Assembly: GCA_963664405.1 (NCBI GenBank)
Contig: OY761158.1
Coordinates: forward strand, 1,216,001-1,280,000
Source of the DNA: Thermoanaerobaculia bacterium
GTDB taxonomy: Bacteria > Acidobacteriota > Thermoanaerobaculia > Multivoradales > Multivoraceae
DNA length: 64,000 nucleotides
Direction: 5' to 3'
Below are positions 39,723-53,195 of this stretch, in pieces (within the stretch, counting starts at the first letter, position 1; every line of letters starts with the position of its first letter). The translations under genes were made by a program, and so were the position numbers. The notes under the pieces are model-generated. The model had not been told where the DNA came from, made no database searches, and saw nothing but the letters and a program-made list of their open reading frames with translations.

Positions 39723-39840
39723 GTGAAGGCGGTCGGGAAGATCGAGTGGGCGACCAAGGCCGTGAAGGACATGCATCGCCTCGCCGCCCCGGCCCGCGAG
39801 CGGATCGTCGCCAAGGTCGAACAGTACGCGGCGGTTCGGC
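39723..39840 (+). pseudogene. RelE/ParE toxin N-terminal fragment
   Basis: KIEWATKAVKDMHRLAAPARERIVAKVEQYA; C-terminal half absent. Confidence 0.55.
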
Positions 39841-40258
39841 TCTCTTGTGCCTCTGTCGGCCAGCCTCGCGTACGCGTCGCTGGCCGACGTTCGATCGTCG
39901 TTCGGTGACAACGGCAGTCGTGACGACGTGCCCCGCACTTCAGCCGATTCGGCCCATGGAGAATCCGCGTAATGCCTTGATAATACAGTATATTATGGAC
40001 GGAGTTGGACGACTTGAAATGTTGGTGGATCCATTATGGTCATCATGGCGCTGACGACTGCTAAAGATCTATAAATACCTGGTATTAATAGACTTACTGC
40101 TTATGTATCAGACGTGATTCCCTCATTCACTCCCGCTTTCTGAACGGGAATCCATCCGACTGTATGAGAAGTCCGTGGACGAGTTCTGAGTAATCAACCG
40201 AGGCCGCGCGGCCGGGCGTGAGATCGGTATGTTCCAATCCGCGCTGGCCGATCCGGTG

Positions 40259-43399
<3,141 letters not shown>

Positions 43400-43407
43400 T
43401 AGGACCT

Positions 43408-44628
43408 TTACGGCATCCCCGGTACGGTTGCGCGCAAGCGAAGTTCACCGGAAACAAGCTGTGGCAGAAGCAAGTCACGTAGTCCAGCTAGATATTGGTT
43501 TGTTTTTTCCTTATTTAGTATCGAATAGTGAATCGGCACTATTGTTTCATCGAACAGACGCCTGAGGTGTTCTCCCACGTCGATTATCTTCAACGCACTG
43601 AAAGTGGATTTGTTCATATTCTGAAAGACTGAACCTCCACTGCCAACCAGCATTATTTCCGACGCGAGCCGCCTACAAGACCAATACAAATATGTGCCGG
43701 CCCTGCAATCGTGCGGAACGATGCTATTGATTTGCTGGTTGGTCTAAGTCTCTTGATGGTTCAATACGACTAGCCCAGGTGTGGCGATGCAGCTAACCGA
43801 AATGATTCCAGGTGGTAGCGTCTTATTACCCTGCGAGTCGGCTCCATACTTGGAAAGCATAGTCTCAGTCTTGACTGCATAGACCTTGCCGTGCATATCG
43901 GGGATCTTCAGGAAGGGAATATCATTTCCGTAGAAATCCAGATTGCGAGTGCTCGGAGTCTTCCCGGTAACAATCTTACCGAAACTGCTTAGTGGTTTCA
44001 CTTTCCACCCCGCCGGTATCTCACCCAGTTCGGACTCGACAAGCCGATCAGGAAACAGGTCGGAAAGATGCCGGGGTAATCCCGTATCGCGGCCCTTCAT
44101 CTTCGCCCGGACCGGATCGAAATCGACGAACCAGGACTTGAACAGCGCCTGGGCCATCGCCTCCAGTGTCTCGTTCATCCGCCGGTTCAGATCGATCTTG
44201 TCGTCGAGGTTGCCGAGGACGTGCGCGATGGATCGCTGTTCGTAAGGTGATGGAACTATAGCTGGGAGGCCGTGAATATGGTTGCGATTCAGCGTTGGTA
44301 CACTACTTCCAACATTGAATTGTACAAGATCAAGAGATTTCAGAAAGTAGTAGCAGAACCGAGGATCATTTCCATTGAAGTTCTTTACCCATAGGGTCGT
44401 ATTCAGTGGCCAAAAGTCTTCCTCAATAAATTGACCTCCACCAATGCTTCCTGAACGACCGATCACGACACCGGGCCCTTTTACTTTCGCTTCTTCGTGC
44501 CTACCAACGGGACCTGTGGATGCAATGACTGGATAGTTACCTAGCTTGCGTTGGGATGTGGGTAAATCGAATCCTCTTTGCAATGTGACCACATCTCCAA
44601 GCGTCGTATAGCGCCACTCACTCCACAC
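43408..44628 (-). pseudogene. hsdS: Type I R-M specificity subunit with an in-frame TAG at 43744-43746
   Basis: Two TRDs and conserved regions (EQRSIAHVLGNLDDKIDLNRRMNETLE; [15 protein letters not shown]). The two ORFs share a frame across ET*TNQQINSIVP. Confidence 0.9.
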
Positions 44629-44886
44629 AGCCAAGGTCCCTTAGACTGGCGGCAATTGCCGTGTCGAGCCGTGCACCTTCAGTTTGCTGCTCGTGAAGCT
44701 GTGCCACGAGCCGTTTCATCTTGTCCTCGAACGGTTCACCGTCGTCCTCTTGGGGCTCTACGCCGACATAGCGGCCTGGCGTCAGCACATAGGCGTGCTT
44801 GCGCATCTCATCCAACCCCTCTCTGCCAAGATGCTTGAGACATCTCGCCACCCCTCAAATAGAGTAGGGCGGAGAGGTGAAACCTG

Positions 44887-45441
44887 ATGTCTGAAGAGAG
44901 GAAGATGGAAGAGATGAGATCAGCAAGCACGTCCATTGCGGTCCGGGGCGAGGAGGAGGTTTCCCAGCTTCCCCCGTGCGCCCAGCTGGGGTCCGCGGAA
45001 GCGCCGACGGGCGAGCGTAGCGAGCACGGAGACGCAGCAGCGGGCGCCATCTGGGCGCGGCCGAGCCCTGTGTTGGATCCTGAGGTGGCCGCCAAGCCAA
45101 CGCGGCGGACCTTCACGGCCGAGTACAAGCTGCGAATTCTCGAAGAAGTCGATCTCGCCACGCCTGGCGACATCGGCGCGATCCTGCGCCGCGAGGGATT
45201 GTACAGCTCGCACTTGACGGCCTGGCGCAAGGCACGTAGGACCGGCGCTCTGCGAAGGCTGGGCCGAAAGCGAGGGCGCAAGGCGAAGCAGGCCGATCCA
45301 CAGGCCAAGAAGATCGAGCAACTGGAAAAGGAGCTCTCCCGTACTCGCGAGGCGCTACGCAAGGCAGAGCTGATCCTCGAAGTGCAGGGAAAAGTTGCCG
45401 GGCTGCTGGGCTTCAACCTCGAGGACGGGAGGAACTCCTGA
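44887..45441 (+). CDS. IS3 transposase OrfA
   Basis: RRTFTAEYKLRILEE...ILRREGLYSSHLTAWR HTH and coiled coil; the true start may be further downstream. Confidence 0.85.
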   Translation: MSEERKMEEMRSASTSIAVRGEEEVSQLPPCAQLGSAEAPTGERSEHGDAAAGAIWARPSPVLDPEVAAKPTRRTFTAEYKLRILEEVDLATPGDIGAILRREGLYSSHLTAWRKARRTGALRRLGRKRGRKAKQADPQAKKIEQLEKELSRTREALRKAELILEVQGKVAGLLGFNLEDGRNS

Positions 45442-45455
45442 TCGCCGCCGCCGAG

Positions 45456-46445
45456 TTGGCGTTGCAGGTCGGCGTCAAGCCGTCCTGTGTCGCTCTCGGC
45501 GTGGCACGGGCGACTCTGTACCGTCGTCGGAAGCCAACTACCGGGCCGCAGCCCCGGCCAACACCCGCCCGGGCTCTGAGCGAGGACGAGCGCCAAGCCG
45601 TCCTGGACGTCCTGGACTCGCCTCGTTTCGTCGACCGTGCCCCCGCCGAGGTCGTCGCCACGCTCCTGGACGAGCAACGCTACCTCTGCTCGGAGAGGAC
45701 CATGTACCGCATCCTCGCTGCGCGAGCTCCGGTGCGCGAGCGGCGCAACCAGCTTCGCCACCCCGACTACACCAAGCCGGAGCTGGTGGCGGCCGCCCCC
45801 AACCAAGTCTGGTCCTGGGATATCACCCGGTTGCGGGGTCCTGAGAAGTGGAGCTACTACTACCTCTACGTCCTGCTCGACATCTTCAGCCGCTACGTCG
45901 TCGGCTGGATGCTCGCTCCCCGCGAGAACGCCAATCTCGCCGGTCGCCTCATCGAGGAGACCTGCTGCAAGCACGACGTCAAACCTGAGGTGCTCACCCT
46001 GCACAGCGATCGGGGCTCCCCGATGACCGCCAAGTGCACGGCTCAGCTACTCGCCGATCTGGGACTCACTCAGTCGCTCAGCCGGCCCCAGGTCTGTGAC
46101 GACAATCCCTTCTCCGAGGCCCAGTTCAAGACCCTCAAGTACCACCCGAGCTTCCCCTCCCGATTCGCCAGCCAGGAGGCCGCCCAGGCTTTCTGCAGGA
46201 CCTTCTTCCCTTGGTACAACACCGAGCACCGCCACGGTGGGATCGCACACCTGACCCCTCACGGCGTCCACCACGGTCGAGCGGAGCAGGCCCTTGCCGC
46301 ACGGCAACTCGCGCTCGATGCCGCCTTCCAAACTCACCCAGAACGCTTCCTCCGAGGGCGACCCATCGTCTCGCCTTTACCTGGAACCGTATACATCAAC
46401 CGGCCTGACGATACGCAGGCCTCGACCGAAGAGGACCTTCACTAA
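45456..46445 (+). CDS. IS3 transposase OrfB (DDE integrase core)
   Basis: WSWDIT, LDIFSRYVVGW, LHSDRGSPM and DDNPFSEAQFKTLK. Confidence 0.9.
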   Translation: MALQVGVKPSCVALGVARATLYRRRKPTTGPQPRPTPARALSEDERQAVLDVLDSPRFVDRAPAEVVATLLDEQRYLCSERTMYRILAARAPVRERRNQLRHPDYTKPELVAAAPNQVWSWDITRLRGPEKWSYYYLYVLLDIFSRYVVGWMLAPRENANLAGRLIEETCCKHDVKPEVLTLHSDRGSPMTAKCTAQLLADLGLTQSLSRPQVCDDNPFSEAQFKTLKYHPSFPSRFASQEAAQAFCRTFFPWYNTEHRHGGIAHLTPHGVHHGRAEQALAARQLALDAAFQTHPERFLRGRPIVSPLPGTVYINRPDDTQASTEEDLH

Positions 46446-48394
46446 TTTATGACTCGAGGTGTCTCAAAGTTCTTGACAGGTTCCGAACGATGCGCTCTTG
46501 CAGAAGCCGGGAATGTCGGCGCAGGCGGCGCTAACGTCTGCCGTGCGCCAGGCGTGGTAGGTGCCGGCGATACGGGCAATGTCCTCGTCGGTCAGCTCAC
46601 GGTGCGTCCGGTCCACCATCCGGCCGAGCTTCCTCGCGTCGATGAACAGGATCTCGCCCTGGCGCTTGCGTCGGCGCGCCAGGAACCACAGACAGGCGGG
46701 AATCTGGGTGGAGTAAAAGAGCTGACCCGGCAGTGCAATCATACAGTCCACTAGCTCCGCCTCGATCAGGTTCTTCCGAATCTCTCCCTCGCCCGATTGG
46801 TTTGAGGACATCGACCCGTTGGCGAGCACGAACCCCGCGACGCCCTTCGGCGCTAAGTGGTGGACCATGTGCTGGACCCAGGCAAAGTTGGCGTTGCCCT
46901 TCGGCGGGATGCCGTAGCGCCAGCGCTTGTCCTCGACCAGCCTGTCGCCGCCCCAGTCCGAGACGTTAAACGGGGGATTGGCGAGGATGAAATCGGCCTT
47001 CAGGTCCGGATGGCGGTCGTTATAGAAGCTGTCGCCGTGGGCGATCTGCCCCCCAATGCCTCGTATGGCCAAGTTCATCTTCGCGAGCCGCCACGTCGTG
47101 TAGTTCGACTCCTGCCCGTAGATCGAGATGTCGCCGCGCGCCTTGCCGCCGTTGCCGTTTCCGCTGGAGTGGGCGCGAATGAACGAGATCGACTGCACGA
47201 ACATTCCCGAGGAGCCGCAGCAGGGATCGTAGACCCGCCCTCGGTAGGGCTCCAGCATCTCGACGAGCAGCTTGACGACACAGCACGGGGTGTAGAACTC
47301 GCCGCCTTTCTTGCCCTCCGCGCTCGCGAACTGCGAGAGGAAGTACTCGTAGACGCGGCCGAGGACATCTCGGGAGCGTGCTTCGGCATCCCCGACACGG
47401 ATGTTTCCGATCATGTCGATCAACTGACCGAGACGCTGCTTGTCCAAGGCAGGCCGCGCGTAGTCCTTGGGCAGCACCTCCTTCAGCCCCGGGTTGTCGC
47501 GCTCGATCGCGGCCATGGCCTGATCGACGGTCTGGCCAATGGTCGACTGCCGCGCCTGGGCCTTCAGGTGCGGCCAGCGGGCTTCCTGCGGCACCCAGAA
47601 GATGTTCTCTGCGATGTATTCATCGCGGTCCTCCGCAGCGTCCTCGCCCCACCCGGCCAGCACCGACGCGTGACGCTCCTCGAAGGCGTCCGAGATGTAC
47701 TTCAGGAAGATTAGGCCGAGCACCACATGTTTGTACTCGGCGGCATCCATCGAGCCTCGGAGCGCATCAGCCATCGCCCACAGCTCGGCCTCGTAGCCGG
47801 TTGTTGCCCCGCTATCGGAACGTGTGCTCGCTGTCTTCATTAGCTCTCGTCGGTTTCCCTAGTGCCATGTTGCGGTCCTCCAGATATCGACACGCCTGGG
47901 CCGCTTCCCTCCGATCCTGTAGGCGTTTCTTGTCGACCCGGCCAACCTCATTAGGTCGACGGCAGGCAACATATGACAAATGTCGTGCCGCCGTACAGTC
48001 GGTCGAGGCAGTTGCCATCTCGAGAGATTTCCGGTCCGCAATGGACCAACGTGCCCAAGGAGCAGCAGGGATCGGATACAGCCGTCGGAGGCCCGTCCCC
48101 TCGCCAGGGCTTCGCGTTTGTACTCGGCTAGGATGCGGAGTGCGTCACGGGGCATGAACTGCCCCGGATAGAACGCACTCTGGCCGACCGCGATCGAGGT
48201 TCTCCACAGGCGCTCCGGGAGCAGCTCGAGGCCATCCGCTGGCGTGGCTTGGTCCGCCTCTAGTACGTCGCTGGAACTCTAGGGACATCGCCGTTTTGCC
48301 CGTTGTTGACACCGCAGAAGCGGGCTCGTCAATGTACGGGCATGGAGATTCATGGCGGCCCAGGGTTCCAAGCGTCGGGGCGTGTCTGGCGCGC

Positions 48395-48500
48395 TTGAGG
48401 CGGGAGAGCCAGCCTACCCTTTGGGGCCACGCTTCGCGGGTCCCCGGCAGGGGCTGGCGGGGGGCTGTGCCCCCTCTGATCCCCCCAACGGCAACAGCAC
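48395..48500. other. Candidate oriT of a MOB-P5/ColE1-like mobilisation module
   Basis: Directly upstream of mobC; the minus strand contains GCTGGCT (ColE1-like CTGG^CT); GC hairpins such as GGGGGC-TGT-GCCCC. Confidence 0.35.
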
Positions 48501-48749
48501 ATGAGGGGCGCTGGACGCGACGTGTGGGTGAAGATCCGCGCCCGCGAGGCGGAGCGTGCCGAGTGGCACGCGAAGGCGAGCTCCGCAGGGTTCACGCTGT
48601 CGGATCTCGTGCGCCGGTCGGTGGGCCGGGCGCGCACCTGGACCGTGGCGCACGCCGAGGCCGTCGAGATCGTCGCCCACCTGGTCGCCATCGAGCGGGC
48701 GCTCGCGGCGTTGGCCCCCGTCGGCCGCCCCGACCCCGATGCACATTAA
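48501..48749 (+). CDS. mobC: MobC-like relaxosome accessory (RHH) protein, possibly internally deleted
   Basis: RDVWVKIRAREAERAEWHAKASSAGFTLSDLVRRS; overlaps the relaxase start. Confidence 0.7.
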   Translation: MRGAGRDVWVKIRAREAERAEWHAKASSAGFTLSDLVRRSVGRARTWTVAHAEAVEIVAHLVAIERALAALAPVGRPDPDAH

Positions 48750-49050
48750 GTTCCTGGCCCGCGGAACGGGCTCGGCCCCGGCGGCAGCCGACTACCTGCT
48801 CGGGGCGCGGGATGCGACCGGGCAGCCGCGCGAGGGCGTGGAGGTCCTCCGGGGGGATCCCCATCAGGTCGCCGTGGTGGCCGACGCGCTGGCGTTCGAG
48901 CACAAGTACACGTCGGGCGTGATTGCCTGGGCACCGGACGACACTCCGACCGACGCGCAGATCGGCGCGGTCATCGATGCCTTTGAACAGACGGCCTGGG
49001 CGGGGCTCGAGCCCGACCGCTACGCCTGGGCGGCCGTGGTGCATCGGCAG
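48739..49050 (+). pseudogene. Truncated relaxase (MbeA/MOB-P type)
   Basis: MHIKFLARGTGS..AAADYLLG, VEVLRGDP, KYTSGVIAW and FEQTAWAGL; breaks off after VVHR, before the full His motif. Confidence 0.8.
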
Positions 49051-49267
49051 CACTCCAGCGCCGATACGCAGAAACCGTTGAGGCAGCGCGTGCGGTTGCG
49101 CGCGTTCGTGAGTCCAGCGCGAGAACTGCTGCGGCTCTGATGGCGTCTCTCATGTCCGAGTTGCTTGGAAGTGACGTATCGGATCGTGGGACCTGCGGCC
49201 CTTCGCTGTTAGGATGCGAGCGGGACGTTGGGAACCGCACGAACGCAGGGACGAGACCTGACATCAC

Positions 49268-50185
49268 TTGCTATCGGAAATGCTAGAATTCCTGGACGTA
49301 AGGCCGACAATTGTCGCATTGTCCAGCATTGTCGTCGCTCTGCTTGCAGTGGGTGCAGCAGCGGCGTCGGCTTGGTTCGCCAGGATGCAGTTTAGAGGCA
49401 GCTTGGTAGTCTTTTGGCGACCACGAGAGGCCGGCTTTACTACAATCGATGTAGTAGCACGCAATGTTGGAGGCGGATCAGTACGCAGTGTGGAGGTTAC
49501 GAGTGATCAACCTGACTTCCAGAGACTTGAGTTCGCAGAATTGCCGGTCGCAACTGAGTACTGCATCGATACAATGAGTGGAAAATCAAGTCCACAAGAG
49601 TACTACACGAGACACGGATGGGGGCGACGCCTGCGATGGAGGCCACGAAGATGGCGAATCGATCCGGCGAAGTTCGCTGGAGTCCAGACGCGCGGCGTGA
49701 CAGCACTGCGAAAGATCTCAGATACATTGGAGAGTGTGGAGAGAAAGGTAAGGGATTCGCCTGTTCTACGGAACGCCGGCAATACGATAGGGATCTCACG
49801 TTCAAACGAAGAGACGTGGGTGCTTCCATCTGGGGTAATCGCTGTACTTCTTCCGGATGACTCGGAGACTCTCCGGACACATATCCAAGACGAGACGGTG
49901 TTGGAAAGCGGCTGGAGACAGAACAGACACAGCGGAACTTCCATAGGCACGCACGCGCCAAAAGACGTCATGCGAGTAGTTGTTGATCCAGAACGGCTGT
50001 CGCCCGAAGAAGAGAAGAAGCTGGCATCGTACCTGGACTATGGAGAGATCACCCTTCACTATAGCCGCCAGCAGGCGCGCTACCGGATTCTGACAGTCAT
50101 TAACCCACAACGAGGTGCACGAATAATCGAGCGCCACGTGGTGTACGAGCAACCCGCTGCAAGCGAAGAGGACAACAGCGAGTAG
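49268..50185 (+). CDS. Hypothetical membrane-anchored island protein
   Basis: 305-aa ORF with an N-terminal TM helix followed by VVARNVGGG; more AT-rich than the host genes. Confidence 0.55.
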   Translation: MLSEMLEFLDVRPTIVALSSIVVALLAVGAAAASAWFARMQFRGSLVVFWRPREAGFTTIDVVARNVGGGSVRSVEVTSDQPDFQRLEFAELPVATEYCIDTMSGKSSPQEYYTRHGWGRRLRWRPRRWRIDPAKFAGVQTRGVTALRKISDTLESVERKVRDSPVLRNAGNTIGISRSNEETWVLPSGVIAVLLPDDSETLRTHIQDETVLESGWRQNRHSGTSIGTHAPKDVMRVVVDPERLSPEEEKKLASYLDYGEITLHYSRQQARYRILTVINPQRGARIIERHVVYEQPAASEEDNSE

Positions 50186-50349
50186 CAGCGTGAGCACGGG
50201 CGCAGGAAGCAGGGCCGAACCGCGACCGCGACCCGTCCCCGGCCATCTACGGACGGTGCTTGTGGTACGACCGAATGCAAGTCAAAACGGGGGATACAAC
50301 GGGGGAAACGGCCGCTCTGAAACGACGTAAAGCGCGTATTTTCAATATG

Positions 50350-51425
50350 TTATAGGTTTTTGGTCTCAGAAGCCCTGGAAGCTATCTCCCGCAACACGTC
50401 GATCTCCAACGCGCGAAGCTCGCGGTAGGCGATGATGAGGAAGTTGCCGCAGCCGCACGCCGGATCGAAGAGCCGCAGCGTGCCGAGCTTGTCCCGGAAC
50501 TTCCGAAGGTCGGCCATGCTGCGGCCGTCCCGGCGGGCCTGCAACCGCCGGAACTCGGCCCGCAGGTCGTCGAGGAACAGCGGCTCGATCACCTTCAGGA
50601 TGTTCTTCTCCGTCGTGTAGTGCGCCCCTTGGGCGCGCCGGTCGGCCGGCTCCATGACCGACTGGAACAGCGCGCCGAAGATGGCCGGCGAGATCGCCGT
50701 CCAGTCGAATCGGCCCGCGTCGAGCAGGGCCTGACGCATCGAGGCGTCGAAATCCGGGATGCGAAGCGTTTCGGCGAATAACTCGCCATTGACGTGTGGA
50801 AAGCGGGCCAGATCGTTGTCGAGCGCCCGCGACCGCCGATCCGGCGGCGTGTTCAGCGCCTGGAACAGCCGCGCCATCCACGGGCCGAGGTCGGCGCCAT
50901 CGGCGGCCGTGCGTTCCTCGATGAACTGGAGGAAGATGTCGCGCGGCTCGAAGATGCCGGTGTCGTCAGCGAACAGGCAGAACACGGTCCGTACCAGGAA
51001 CAACTCCAGGTCGTGACCATCGTAGCCGGACGCCTTCAGCGCAGCGTGCAGATGCGCGATCAACTCGGACGCCTCGATGTTGACCGGGTCCTGGTCGCGG
51101 AACGTGCGGCGCTGCACGCCGATGATGAACCCGAACTTCTCGACGTGCTGCGGCAGGTCGGCGAGCACGAAGCGTGTTTCTTCGCGTTCGTCGCGATCGA
51201 GCAGCTCGAACGACCGGAAGTCGCAGAGTAGCTGGTAGCGGGGGCGGTCGCGTTCAGGCAGTGCGTCGAAATACGAACCGGCCTGCTGACTCGCGGCGAC
51301 CAAGTCGCGCCCGGCGCTCTTCTGCTCGACCAGCAGGACGCCGGGCCAGAAGAGGTCGATGAAGCCGGACGTATCGTCTAGCCGCCGAACGTGCTCCTCG
51401 TAGCGGGCTACCGTGCGCCGCCGGG
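50350..51425 (-). pseudogene. MmeI/YeeA-like Type IIL restriction-methyltransferase fragment, truncated at both ends
   Basis: FIDLFWPGVLLVEQKS, FCLFADDTGIF, ISPAIFGALFQ, GAHYT and FDPACGCGNFL; the NPPF half is missing. Confidence 0.85.
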
Positions 51426-51923
51426 TCAGTTTGGGCGGTCGGGTCTGGAATCATCGCCCCTCAGATACCTCGCCCCCAAATCCTCCTCCTCGTCGACGGG
51501 CTCGGAGATATCTAGCGCTTGTGCGTCTTTTGGTGATAAGCCAAGATCGGCCTGAAACGAACGCATCAATTTATACTCCATGTTTAGAGGCTGTAGTAGA
51601 TGATGCTTTGCCATATTAACTTGCCCCGAGGAGCCCTGGCGCAGCATCTCAGGGCCGTCTCTTTTTAGTATAGCTTCCATCTCCCGGCAACGGGCCCAGG
51701 CTGCGCACCAGCCAGCCATAGCGCCGAGGTATTTAGCCCGGTGTGTGCCATCCTCCGCCATGCGGAAACACAGCCAGCGCCATATCCTCTTTGCCTGGTT
51801 CGACAGTTCAGTAGGTGGCTTCGGGTGCACGGTGTCCGCCGGGGGGCGCTGAATAACCCGAGACGCCCGAGCCGTCCCTAGTAGCTCCTTCTGATGTTGC
51901 GTTTTGCGTCGGTTATTCGGCAC
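51426..51923 (-). CDS. Phage terminase small subunit, P27 family
   Basis: PKPPTELSNQAKRIWR, WCAAWAR, HHLL and DLGLSP. Confidence 0.7.
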   Translation of the reverse strand: MPNNRRKTQHQKELLGTARASRVIQRPPADTVHPKPPTELSNQAKRIWRWLCFRMAEDGTHRAKYLGAMAGWCAAWARCREMEAILKRDGPEMLRQGSSGQVNMAKHHLLQPLNMEYKLMRSFQADLGLSPKDAQALDISEPVDEEEDLGARYLRGDDSRPDRPN

Positions 51924-51974
51924 GGGGCCAGCCTAGATTAGGAAATTTCATTGTGGCACGATATACAGAACACG

Positions 51975-52123
51975 GGCGCGCGCTGGAGGGGCGTCAGCCA
52001 GGCGATGTCGTAGGTGCCCTCCAGATCCGGCTTGCCGTCGGGCCTGCGTGGAATGTCCCCTTCGGCAGCCAAGCTCGGCAGCGAGATCGCGCCGAGAAGA
52101 AAGCACAGGACCGTGTGTTTCAT
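51975..52123 (-). pseudogene. Truncated paralogue of the 1857-2912 secreted protein
   Basis: MKHTVLCFLLGAISLPSLAAEGDIPRRPDGKPDLEGTYDIAWLTPLQR matches DDIPRTASGRPDLGGTYDVATLTPLER, then the match stops. Confidence 0.8.
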
Positions 52124-52185
52124 GTCATTTTCGTCAATCCTTCTTCGCCATTGATTTCGACGCGAATGCGACCCTCCCTGCGCTC

Positions 52186-52971
52186 TCACAAATCCAGCTC
52201 TAAGCCTCCCGGCTCTTCCAGCTTGCGGACTTCCCACAGAAGCTCCGGCGGAAACACCTCCTCGTAGATGCGCTTCATCGTGACCTCGTAGTCCCACTCT
52301 GTCGACAAGGGGCGCCAAGCCAGCGCGTCGAGCTGGGCGCGGACGATTCGCCGCATCGAGGCGATCGAGTCGCTAACGTCGACGAGGCCGATATCACGCA
52401 TCGCGAGCATGAAGCCACTCACCCCCATGGTCCCGGTGACCGCATTACTTAGCAAGGAAGAGACTTCTCGTCGAGACAGTCCCGATGGCAGCACCAGGTC
52501 CCCACTCTCGAATGCCTCCACCAACACCGCCGACCTGACGCGAAGATAGTCCTTCCTTATCTCGGCCGTCCGCTGCGTCTCCTGCGACGAGGCACGATCG
52601 ACGATGTTTGCTGTGAGGGCGATGCTCCCTAAGCTAAAGGGGTGAGGGATAATGGCGTTGATCTCGGTGATAGCGACGAAGCGCTCGCGGGGCCGAGCGT
52701 CGAAGGCCTCCACCCGTCTTATCAAGAGGCAGCGCAGTTGAAGAAGCTGGGAGTAAAGCGCTAGCAGCACATCTTCCTTGGTGGGGAAGTACTTGTAGAC
52801 CGTGGGTCGCGAGTATCCCGCCACCTTGGCGAGTCGCAGCATGGAGAGGGCGACGATCCCCTCCTCCCCCAAGATCTGTCGCGCCGCAGAGAGGATCTCC
52901 GCTCTGCGCCGACCGCCTTCCCTCTCTCGACGAGCGACAGTCTTCTTCTCGAGATCGATCTCTGTCGTCAT
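52186..52971 (-). CDS. TetR/AcrR family transcriptional regulator
   Basis: ILSAARQIL...SMLRLAKVAGYSRPTVYKYFPTKEDVL. Confidence 0.9.
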   Translation of the reverse strand: MTTEIDLEKKTVARREREGGRRRAEILSAARQILGEEGIVALSMLRLAKVAGYSRPTVYKYFPTKEDVLLALYSQLLQLRCLLIRRVEAFDARPRERFVAITEINAIIPHPFSLGSIALTANIVDRASSQETQRTAEIRKDYLRVRSAVLVEAFESGDLVLPSGLSRREVSSLLSNAVTGTMGVSGFMLAMRDIGLVDVSDSIASMRRIVRAQLDALAWRPLSTEWDYEVTMKRIYEEVFPPELLWEVRKLEEPGGLELDL

Positions 52972-53063
52972 AGGGCGCTCCCCGCGTTGGCTCTACGGCA
53001 CGCTGCGAATGCCGATCGGTGTCGAGCGCAGCGAAGAACTCAGAGTACCTCTCGGCTGACACC

Positions 53064-53092
53064 TTGACTCCAACACTGTGTAAGAATACAGT
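53064..53092 (+). promoter_or_regulatory. Sigma70-like promoter of the TonB receptor locus, with possible operator
   Basis: TTGACT-N17-TACAGT; inverted repeat ACTGT-N8-ACAGT overlaps the -10 box. Confidence 0.55.
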
Positions 53093-53195
53093 CTCATCTG
53101 TACCGCATCAAGCATGCGTGGAAGAACGAGGTCCGAACCGTATCCGCTCCTAGGCGGCTTTACGTAGATTTCTCAGTAGCGAGCAAAGAACAATT

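Larger units (their letters stand above)
44817..46485 (+). mobile_element. Complete IS3-family element with 3-bp target duplication AAC
   Basis: AAC at 44814-44816 and 46486-46488; imperfect ~31-bp inverted repeats sharing CTG.CAAGA...TTGAGACA.CTCG. Confidence 0.9.
44618..47840 (-). pseudogene. hsdM: Type I R-M methyltransferase subunit, interrupted by IS3
   Basis: [25 protein letters not shown] and ANPPF. GFCKSAS and [18 protein letters not shown] rejoin in frame when the IS is removed. Confidence 0.95.

Noticed and set aside
47859-48290. Minus-strand protein-like fragment LELLPERLWRTSIAVGQSAFYPGQFMPRDALRILAEYKREAL
   Set aside because: It may be a gene remnant, but it has no clear start and I cannot assign a family without a search.
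50325-50355. dif (XerCD) site near TATGTTAT
   Set aside because: Only a partial XerD-like arm is present, with no convincing XerC arm at 6-bp spacing; an island end explains it better.
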